DNA of 64,000 nt from contig NC_057753.1 of the NCBI RefSeq assembly GCF_004010195.1, forward strand, positions 5,853,488 to 5,917,487, in the 5' to 3' direction. This document shows positions 13,830-24,259 of this stretch, one piece after another. How positions within the stretch are numbered: the first letter of the stretch is position 1; each line of letters opens with the position of its first letter. Made by a program: the position numbers and the translations under genes. The DNA comes from Chiloscyllium plagiosum (Eukaryota). Under the pieces are notes generated by a model that saw nothing but the letters and a program-made list of their open reading frames with translations, had not been told where the DNA came from and did no database searches.

Positions 13830-16690
13830 ATATTGGTGAGGCTGGACAAAGATTTGGACAAGCCAGACGAGTGGGCAATGAAGTGGCAGATAGAGTACAA
13901 TATGAAAAATTGAGTTTATACATTTTAGTGGGAAGAACGGAGGTGCAGATTATTTTCTAAAGGCTTTCTAAATCTGAAGCACAAAAGAATTTGTGAGTCC
14001 ACAGAAAGGATACCTTTTCAGTTAATATGCATGTTAATTTGGTAATTACGAAGGCCAAAGTGGTGGAATGCAGGAGTCGTGATATATACTCTTAAGGCTG
14101 TATGAGGCGCTAGACAGATTGGGTTTGGAATATCGTGAGCAAGTTTAGTTTCCAGGTCAGAGTTTTCGTGGGGGTTCAGTGAAGTTTAGCAAGAATAATT
14201 CCGGGAATGAAGGGTTTTTCTTTTGAGGAGTGGTTGAGGACTCTGTAACTTACCTCGATGGAATTTAGAAATATGAAGGAGATGTCAGTGAAACTTACAG
14301 AAAGCTAAGAGGCCTGGGAAGAGTGGAGTTGAAAAAAAAAAATGAGACGAATCTGTTGAGGCACAGCCTCGGAGAGAAAGTATAATATTTTAGAGCTAAG
14401 ATGAGGAAGAATCTCTAAAATCAGATGGTGCTGAATCTATGGAATTGATTGTTGCAGAAGGGCTGTGAAGCCCAACTTATTGAGTGTCGTTCAACCAAGA
14501 GACTGAGGACATAGGTATGCAAGTTTTTGGGTGAGACTGTGAGGTGCTTGAGCGAATGGACATAGGTTAGGACAAGGTTTTAGAAATGTTGGCCGGCTTG
14601 AAATTGCATAAATTTCACGGTCCAGATGTAATGTGTCACAGCCTAATGTAGGAGGCAAGGGAGGAGATTGCAGAAACACTGATGTTTTAAAAACAAAATC
14701 TCTGCAGGTCGCAGAGTACAGGAGAACAATTAATGTGTTTTTGATACTTATGAAGGGTTTCAGAGATAAGCCAGAGGACAACAGAGCAGTGATTCTCACA
14801 TCAGTGGTCAGGAAACTGCTGCAGATAATTCTGAGGGACAGCGTCTATCTCCACTTGGAGAAGCAAAGATTAATCAGGACAGTCAGCATTGGCTTGGCCA
14901 GAGTATGGTCAAGCCGACTGAATGAGATTGAAACGTGAGAAGGTGACTAAATGTGTAAATGATGTTAGTAATTGACACAGTTAATATACATTTAATCAAA
15001 ACTGTTGACGAGAACCCACAGAGGAAATTATCAAGAAGGTAAACTTATATGACGCACAGGGTAATTTAATGGATTTGATTCAAAATTAATTCAGTTCCAT
15101 CAGGCAAAGTGTGGTGACAGAAGGGTGTTTTAATAATTGGAAGCCAGTTTTCAGTGGCTGATGAAAGTGGTGCCTGCTGAGTCCTTAATTATTCATTTTT
15201 TTTATAAATGACTTAGATGACTGTGTGAGGGGCTGGATGGGTACATTTAGAGATGACAGAAAGTTTGTTCAGGTAGTTAAGAGTGCTGTTGAATGTCTTG
15301 GGCTACAAGAAAAATATAAACGGGATGGTCAAAGAGAAAATACATCAGACATAATGTAATCCTGAGAAATGTATGACGATACACTTTAGAAGGAAAAACT
15401 TGACACGAAGTATAAAAGAATGGCATGATACTATGAAGTTCCATCGAGCAAAATGATATGGAGCATTTGTCCTAAACTCTCTGAAGCTGAAAGGGCATGA
15501 AGTTAGGATAGTGAAAAAAGGAATTCGGGGCACTTGCTATTATGAAGGAGACAAACAATGCTTGGCTAATTTTGTGAGTGTTCTTCAAAGAACTAACAAG
15601 CAATGTGGATAATGGCGGTTCTGCAGGTATAATTTATGTGGTCTTCAGGAAGGCGTTTGATTGGACAATGCAAACATAAAAAGATTAATTCACAGGTTTG
15701 GATCATGTTGGATTAGCAGTATTGTTTTATCGTAGATAGTTGACTGGCTGATGAGAGAAGACAGAGAGTCAGGAAAAATCTGCTTTTTGAATGGAAAATG
15801 GAACTTGTACGATGCAATAAGGTTCGGTCTTGGACTCCAGCTATTTACAATCTGCATTAACAACCTTGAGGTAGAGGTAGAAGCTACAGTTGGCGGACGA
15901 CACAAAAGTAGACAGGACGCTTAATTGCAATGAGGAATTAAGAACATTAAGAATGAACATAGATCGGCGAGAAGAGTGAAGCAAAATGTGTCAGGTGGAG
16001 TTCGACATGGATAATTATAAGGTCGTGCATTTGGGATGTTAAAATGAGAGGACGACCTATTATCTTAATATGGAGACACTTCCGTGTGATCTGGTGTAGA
16101 CGGATCTTTGTGTCCTCGTTCATGAGTCCCAGAAACGCGTACACAGATACAGCAGATGATAAAGGAAAAGAACGGAACGTTGGCTTTTATATTTAAGGGA
16201 ATATGATGTAAAAGTAAGACCGTATTGTTGCAAGTACACAAGGTAATGGAGAGACTGCATCTGGAGTCTTTGCACATGTTTGCCTCACAATTGGAGGAAA
16301 TATATTGGAGGCAGTTGAAAGGAGGTTTACTGCATTAATTCCAGAGATGAGTTATTTGTGTTATTGAACAATTTAGACCCGACACTCTCTGGAATTTAGA
16401 AGCATGAGGAGAGGTTAAATTGAGGTATTCAACATGATAAAAGATGTGAATGCAAATGTTATTGAACAGGTGCTATCTTTTGCGGGGCATTCAAGTGCGA
16501 GGGGTCATAGTCCGAGAATAAAGATTAGAGAATTCAAAACAGAGTTCATGAGGATTGTGCATGTGTCGAAGTCGCTAACCCAAAGTGGAGTGTATGCTGA
16601 AACAGTGAATAAACTTAAGGAGAACTTAAGCATATTGTTTAGTTGGCAATGAGTTGACGAGATATGGAGAGAAGGCAGGAAAATGAGAGA
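13830..16690 (+). mobile_element. Cluster of old CR1 LINE fragments (at least three pieces)
   Basis: Degenerate motifs such as KGFRDKPEDNRAVILTSVVRKLLQIILRDSVYLHLE, aggcgtttga (KAFD) and tail-region motifs. The 16200-16690 part is paralogous to 35600-36240. Confidence 0.75.
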
Positions 16691-19600
16691 GGCATACACG
16701 TGAATAAATACTGGGCAGAGGAAAACAACGCAAAAAAGTGTGTTAATTCTCAACTAACATTGCTTTTAACTGGTTACGTTGGTGGTAGGGGTGGGTGTCC
16801 TTTCTCCTCGTGTCTATCTTGTTAGAAGTTGGGACTTAGAACCAATATCTGTTTCTGTGTTTTGACAGTGTACCAACAGCATGAATCTCTATATACACAC
16901 AGAATAACTTTAACATGCCGCCACAGCAATGAATGTCTGGGGTGGGAGGAGGGGGGAGTGGTGGCTGCATATTGCAAGAGCGCTTGAGATCATTGCAATT
17001 GAAGATTCACTCCACAATACTGGTATAGTGTGGTTCCCTACATGGCTGGAGCACATAAACCTGAGCTGCAATTGAATCAGGCGAAATGCCTCTCCACGCA
17101 AAGAAGTTTAAGCAGAGTTATTACTTTTGAGGAGATCTTGAATCTGTTCCTGAACTTAGAACATTGAAAGACGCAAGATAGCCACATGCCACTGTGATTC
17201 CACAACTGGAAGGTGTGATTGAATTCTTGTCAACAATGGATAGGCCTCTCAATGGTATCATAATATAACCCATCCCCTGTCCCTTTCTGACATGTTGCAG
17301 CTTCAGCAGGTTGGAAGGTTGTGTGAAGTTTCACATGTACATTTTACAGGCGAAAGCCCGTGACTGGATGCGAATTCATAGCGGGTCAGGAAATTTCAAT
17401 TTCCACGTCTCCTATTGGAATCAACTTAGTCTCCCATTCATCTTCTGTGACAAACTGTGGACTATGTGATATATCCCTCTATCTCTCTATAGCACGGATC
17501 TCCATGACCAACTTATCAGCCACATCACTGCTTGACTCCACATCTGCGCCACTACCCCATCCCTACAACATACTCTGACTCTTCCTTACTGATCAAAATT
17601 CTGTCCTTGTTTTACAATGCTAAAGCGACCAGTAGTGTTGGCAATTAGCAGATTTTAGTCTGTTAAACTGCAGTTGAATCCGATGGTATCTTGGATTCGT
17701 TTTCACAATATGTTAAGTTACCAACTGTCTCCAATGCACCAAAAGCCGGATGTAGAAGATTTGAACGTATTACTTCATTTTTTAAAAAAAAATTTGTGAT
17801 CATTTTACACCAAGGATCAGGAAATGGGAAATGTAGTTCAGACCTGCTTTTCAATATTGCATCCAACTTTTTACAATTCTTAACATCTTACTGATTGCAA
17901 ATTAATTGTGAAAATGTGGCACAGAAGGAAGGCGCACTGATATTGGAATCATGATTCTTCATTTCTCACCACTGAGAGGGTACATCTTGTCAAGTAATTT
18001 GCTATGTTATTTCTTCCATTGAGAGTCTCGATGCTCATATCCAGTGGAAGTCGCAAGATCACGGGGCATAAGTGTGGAATATACAGGTGCAAATTCAGGT
18101 TAATTAACTGTTTTCTAGATGAGTGAGCAGGCCAGTGAGATCTCGTGAGTGTGAGGAAACACGAGCGAAGTTATGGCTTCTGCTGTTTTACAACGACTTT
18201 AATTGCAAATGAGTAATGTCTGAGTGAGGAGTAGTGATATGTTTTCTTGCAGGACCAGTACTTGGAAAATTTGCAATAAAATTAGAAACAACTCCATGAT
18301 CTCAGCAGTCATTTGTTTTATCCAAACATTTTACTGCAGATCTGAGTGACGATAAATGAATGGAAATTTACTACTAAGTTGCCTACACTGGGACCTATGG
18401 ACGATCAACCTTAGAACAAGAACAAAGAAGGAGAAAGAAAATTTCAGCCCATCCCCACTCCCAAAACCTGCACCCATCTAGATCCTCTATCTCGGCCTGT
18501 CTCCTATTTTCTAAGGACCTATATCCCTCTATTCTCTGCCCATTCATCTATCTGTCTAGATACATCTGAAATGACGCTGTCGTGCCAATTTCTTCCAACT
18601 CTGCTGGCAATGTATGACTGGCACTTATCAGCTAGATAAAAGCAAAGGTGAAACAGGTGCCCCAGGTGTTTGGAAATCGTCAGATTGGCTTTCAGAAGCA
18701 TTCTCGACTCTCTGTTCAATGTGTATATGTATTAGACGTCCCTGATGTGTAACTGTCATTGATTGATCGCATGCATGTGCTATGCCTGTCGCACCATAAT
18801 GTCCATGTTTCACCACTCGCACCATCAGGGCGAGACGAATGAAATGCATGAGCACCCAGAGATCATAGATCAGGATAAACATAAAAACTTAAAGAGACAA
18901 AATACCTGTAACTGAAGAGGGGGGGGGGGGGGGGGGGGGGAAATGGGATCGATGAAGGCAGAGTGGTCAATTAATATTGGAGAAACATGAGAAGGAGAAT
19001 GGGCGATCGTTGAGCTGAAATAACCATCCACAAATTAAAGAACAAAACGCTCACACATGGAGAGATGTCAAGTTTCAGGTCCTGATATGTTATTGGACAC
19101 GTTACCCTCTCAAAACACTCAAGCTATCACATAGGCAATCAGCAAGTTTTATGCTAAGGTTGACCAGCTCTGAACATGACAAACATCTTAATAATTGTTT
19201 GTACCCTCTATTAACGAAGATGCTATCCTGCAGGTGCACAGGTGCATCCATTTCATGACTACTTGCGATATCCAGATGCAGAAATTCCGACAAGAGAATT
19301 GATAGTTTTCGTCGTTGATACTCAGATGAAAAAGTCAGAGAATGGCAACGTTTCAGTTCCGACTGCGACCGTGGCGCTGGTGCAATCACAAGGGCAGCAC
19401 AAGGTACGCTGTGCAAGACGTTTGACTGTTCATAAATTATATGAATATCTGACGAAGCTTTAAGTAGAAATGCACAAAATCAGGGTCCATGAAAGAGAGC
19501 CCAGGATATCGTGAAGCCAGGTGGATGGTCACACAAGAACAATGAGCATGTGTGAAATTTTCTGATGTTGCAAGCTTTGCAAAAAGCCAAGAGAGCATTG

Positions 19601-19889
19601 GACGGGCCGACGTGATCCGTTATTCATTGCTTGCAAACAAAAGGCAACTGGAACATATTGAGTTTGTGCATGGCAGAACTTGCACGGACAGAAATTTACC
19701 AGCTAAAATTTCACTTTGCAATGAGGAGTTGTAAATTAATTAAAGAAACATTACATACATATTTGGCAAGTGGACAAACACGAATGAACTTTGGAATTGA
19801 GGTCACGAATGACAGGACAGGGAGAAGGCATGTGTGGGCTAAACGTAATATCCATGAATTATTTTATATTCTCAAAGAGTTGAACGTTT

Positions 19890-20791
19890 TTAGAATTTAG
19901 CAAATAATCTCAGCGGATATATCAAACCATTCTTCAACTCGTCTCTGAATTTACTCTGCGTACCAGCATAGATAAAGGGATTGATGCAGGAACTTAGAAA
20001 CTGAAGCATATACCCGGATTCTTCCAGGATAAAAGATGAATCACCGTAATCTGAACGTGAATAATAAGCAACTTTTGCAATTCGTGAATACAGTACTGTT
20101 ATAAAAAGTACCGAATATAGCAAGGTAAAACTACCTGAAATGCCAAAAAGTAAAACGATGGATTTTTTCCTCTTCTCCATCTCTGGGTCACTCTGATTCT
20201 CTCCATTACTCTGGGTCCGGAGTCTCCTGCGAGCTCTATTAGCTGCTAGGATGTGCCTGACAGTCAGAATATTGAGCAGTAAAATCAGAACGAATGGGAG
20301 ACAGGGAGCTAAAATGGACCGAATCAAATCGTATGCAGTCCATGCTGGTGTTGTACTAAATAGTTGCTTTATAACGCAGAACCAGGGCACGTTATCAATT
20401 ACGTACAATGGTTCAAATATAAAATACAAGAATACATTTTTTAGACAGCTCAGTGTGCAAACACTAGCTATAGCCCACGTTGCTATCTTCTCTGTACAAT
20501 ATCTAATTTTCAGCTTGTGGCAACAAATGGCCACAAATCGATCAAAGGTGAAAGCTACTGTTAACCAGGCAGAACTGTCAATAACTGCATAAATTAGGAC
20601 TACACGGAGACTGCATACTGGTGTGATGGATAGGAAACTAAATGGGAAATAAATACCAGAAATCCGATTTATAATGACAGTAACAATGATCACCAAGAGA
20701 TCTGCTAGCGCCATGGACACAACGTAGTAAATGATACATCCAGAGAGACCACATCTTTTTCGGTAAAGGATCACTACCACTGCCAAATTAG
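19890..20791 (-). CDS. Orphan class A GPCR (GPR139/142-like), copy A, exon 2 (323 aa with exon 1)
   Basis: Intact 7TM-type ORF: MALADL (TM2), C3.25, FDRFVAIC (TM3), ECL2 PWFC, PCLPF (TM5), CINPFIY (TM7). Acceptor tttctgttacAG|CT AAT joins the phase-1 exon 1 in frame to give ..GIPANLAVVVIL. Confidence 0.93.
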
Positions 20792-22183
20792 CTGTAACAG
20801 AAATAATAAAGTCAGGAAATAGTGATAATTATGTTTCAGAGCGGGAGAGCAATAAACTTATTGGTCTGACATTCCACAAAATAATTTGAACAGTATATTG
20901 CACGAAGCCTGTATTGTTGTGGTCTGTTTATGAGCTGGAAACATGCCTCACACTTCCTTCGGAGTTTCTGTTAACATTAAGGCAATCATTTAATGTTACG
21001 TCAATGACAAAGGAGTAGGTAATTAAATAATATGGTACAATGAAAAGGTTGCCTTTACAGACAGGTTGAAAGAAACACAGCAATAAACTGTCGAAATAGT
21101 ACATATGCAAAAAAAGTCATATATTTGATACAACAGCACATGTGAGGTCTTTTGTGATAAGTCGTTTTAACTTGAAAGTTAGAGGATGAATTGTACAAAT
21201 TATTAAAATAAAACAAGGAACAGCAGGTGCTGGCTATCTGATTCACACAAAATCAAACATCGCTGGACAAACTCAACAGTTGTGCCAGCATCTATGGTGA
21301 AAAGGCAGACTCTCTCCGCAGATGCACGAAGACCTGTAGAGTATCATAGCTTCATACAGCATGGAACCGGTCCGTAGGTCCAAACAGTCGAAGCCGAACA
21401 TGATCCCAAAATTAAACATTCCCACCAGCCTGCTTCTGGCTAATATCCCTCCAAACACTTCGTATTCATGTACCTATCCAAACGTATTTTAAATCAAGTA
21501 ATTGTACCAACATTCACAATACGTTCGTCACACACGCGAACCACACCCTGAGCAAAATAACAAATAATCACTTCTGTGCAGTAGATACTTGTTTTCAAAA
21601 TTATGTCTCGTACGTACATGAAAACGTAGTTTCAATAATCGTTAATATAAAAAAGTTAGTAGTTAAGTTAATGCTCATATCGATGAATCAACAGTCAATT
21701 GGAAAGAGCAAAGCTTGCCTTACTCATGTAGTGTTTTATGCATAAAGATCAAAACTGCTGTCCTGTTCGAATTAGGTTCCATTTCCAAGTAATCAACAAA
21801 TGGGCACTGATGTATTGTACTTGTCAGTATCTCGGTGTTTACAATATTTTATTCATTTAATTCCTTCATTAATTTGGGTTGGATGTGATCGGTGCTTCAA
21901 AATCGATAAGCAATCAGTTACTTGGGCAAATTGCTCCGCAAATTTCACTTTTTTAAAAAAATTGACAATATACTTTCAGACTTGCACCGACATTCAAAAA
22001 TGATAATTAACCTCCAGTCCCAATTCAACACCATAACTGTTCAACATTTATATCAAAAAAGACAATGCAATGATGCACATATAGTGTTTACAGCTCAAAA
22101 CATGGTAAAACTACGTTACACATGCCAGCGACCTGTTAAGTCAGCCATAGTAAAACGCCCAATAATGTAGCAGAAATCAATTT

Positions 22184-22345
22184 ACAGAGGAACCTCGATT
22201 ATGCGAAGGACACAGACGGTGAGTATTTTGTTTGGTTAATCAAACGCTGGATAATTGATGGCAAATAACATAGTTAACCACACATCGGGACCTTGTGATC
22301 TTGTTTGGATCATCCAAAATTCGGTTAATTGAATGATATTTAACC
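22184..22345. mobile_element. pogo/Tigger-like MITE remnant in the GPCR intron
   Basis: ta|cagaggaacctcgattatgcgaa resembles pogo/Tigger terminal repeats at a TA site. The segment is absent from the paralogous introns (~2760, ~43300). Confidence 0.5.
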
Positions 22346-22936
22346 GAGAAGTCAAACGTACTGACTGCAGCAATGTTGTAGCACTTCAACATTCACAGCA
22401 TTATAACTTTAGAAAGTTGACTCACAGTAGTATTCCTATAACACAATAATGCAACACTGTACATTGAGATGGTCGGACTGAAGAAGCAAACTAACTTGCT
22501 ACAATGCCTGAAGAGAGTAGATGTGGAACAAGTTTTCCCACTGGTGAAATGATCAAGAATGAGAGGAAAGAAAGATTCAACAATTGAAGAAAAAGGAAAT
22601 ATTAGAGAAAATAAAAATTGCACGCAACTGCATGTTAAGGTTTGCAATAAACTACCTGACAGTATATTGGATGCAGTGCCTTTGCAAGGATAGTTTTGTT
22701 TTTAAATCAAAGCATTGATACATGGAAGACATCCATGAAAATTTATTTACGACAAAGAAAAATTATGTAAGAGAGGGGAAATATTTCCTGGTGAAGTGAA
22801 AAGATGCATTGTTTAAAGAAAAAACAGAATAATTGACATTACAAACAAAATATCCGCGCTGGGAAAATGGGCGCTTGGTTGTAAAGGAAACATAATGCAA
22901 CAAACCAACGAGTCAGCTAGTAATCCAATACTTTAC

Positions 22937-23006
22937 CTGGAATCCCAATCGCTGCAAGCAAAGGATAGTAAATGGAAAACAACAGGCCTTTTGGTGATAT
23001 GTGCAT
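22937..23006 (-). CDS. GPCR copy A, exon 1 (N-terminus and start of TM1)
   Basis: MHISPKGLLFSIYYPLLAAIGIP+G then donor GTAAAG. Peptide identical to copy B, with 8 synonymous and 0 non-synonymous codon differences. Confidence 0.9.
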
Positions 23007-23055
23007 TTCGACCAGAGGTTTCAAGCACATTCCCCGTTAAGCTGCATTTTGCCGC

Positions 23056-23092
23056 ATTTATAAACAATGTCAGACTCCAGGGGTTTAATTAG
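23056..23092 (-). promoter_or_regulatory. Proximal promoter of GPCR copy A: homeodomain + O/E(EBF)-like composite and TATA box
   Basis: Minus strand CTAATTAAACCCCTGGAG (23075-23092) and TATAAAT (23056-23062). Confidence 0.62.
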
Positions 23093-24014
23093 ATATTTTG
23101 AAACTTTTACAGCAAATACCATGCTTGTTACAAAAACGCAAATTAGAACAGTTCCAGCGGAGCATGTTTTGATGGAGTGAGGTTGTTAATCATGTTTTGA
23201 ATGAAATATATCTGGGGACTACAATGTATCTTCAAAACTTGCCAAAAGAGCTGCAGAATGCTGGAAATCAGAAACAAAAGCATAAGTTGTTTGAAAGTCA
23301 GGTCTAACAGCATCAGTGGAGTGAAATCAAAGTTAACGTTTTGGGTCCAGTTCTGAGGAAGGGTCACTGGATCCGAAATGTTAATTTTGATTTCTCTCCA
23401 CCATAAAATGTTTGAACTGCGTTTCTTTATTAAATTGCATAACCCGGATTTTGACTTCTTGGCTGAAGCAATGGTGTACTCCGCTGGTCAATGTGAGAGG
23501 TGGTAATTTGCCTTGATCTTTGTCAGTAGCATAAAAAATAATTTCTGGTTAATATCTTGGGAGCAAATGAATCTTCCAGTGCAAATCAACGAAGAGGCCA
23601 AGTCCAGAGAAAGAGCACATTCCATCATAACATTATTGAATGAATGTACAAACTTGCTCATATCTGCCATAAGCTGAAATCGAGGCACATACTTTCCAAT
23701 GACTCATATTTTGGTAAACACACCAAAACCCTTTGGTATGAACTTGTTATTTTGCCATCACATCTGTATGAAACGGGACAAAACAGGATACTGGAAATCT
23801 GAAATAAAAGAAGAAAAAATGTTGGAAAAACTCAGCAATTCTGAAAATAAATTATGGAGAGAGAAAGCTCAAACTTTAACTTATACATAACTATTTATTA
23901 ACCATATAAATACCCTGGCTGCAGGGCAAGTCAGAGGCGAAGATCCCTCAAGAGAGTATCTCAACGACTGACTCCAGCTACAAGGCACATGTCGACTGTC
24001 TGATTGAATACTGC

Positions 24015-24188
24015 GGAGAAAGTGAGGTCTGCAGATGCTGGAGATCAGAGCTGAAAATGTGTTGCTGGAAAAGCGCAGCAGGTAAGGCAGCATCCAGGGA
24101 ACAGGAGAATCGACGTTTCGGGCATAAGCCCATTCCTGAAGAAGGGCGTATGCCCGAAACGTCGATTCTCCTGTTCCCTGGATGCTGC
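24015..24188. mobile_element. Palindromic Penelope-like mini-element with hammerhead core
   Basis: ~42-bp perfect inverted arms around CTGAAGA-A-GGGC-GTAT-GCCC-GAAAC-GTC (24136-24163). Flanked by a 15-bp duplication ctgat(t/g)gaatactgc (24000-24014 / 24189-24203). Confidence 0.8.
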
Positions 24189-24259
24189 CTGATGGAATAC
24201 TGCCCAGTGTTTGAGGGCATCAGCAGAATCATTCAAGGAGTTTGAGGTCGTCAAGAATA

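Noticed and set aside
18770..18835. Minus-strand atggtgcgagtggtgaaac resembling a tRNA A-box (paralog ~38800-38850)
   Set aside because: No convincing B-box or cloverleaf, and no good ungapped match to a tRNA I can recall.
20251..20592. Plus-strand ORFs overlapping the GPCRs (also 40233-40679)
   Set aside because: Antisense shadows of the conserved coding strand, with no independent coding signal.
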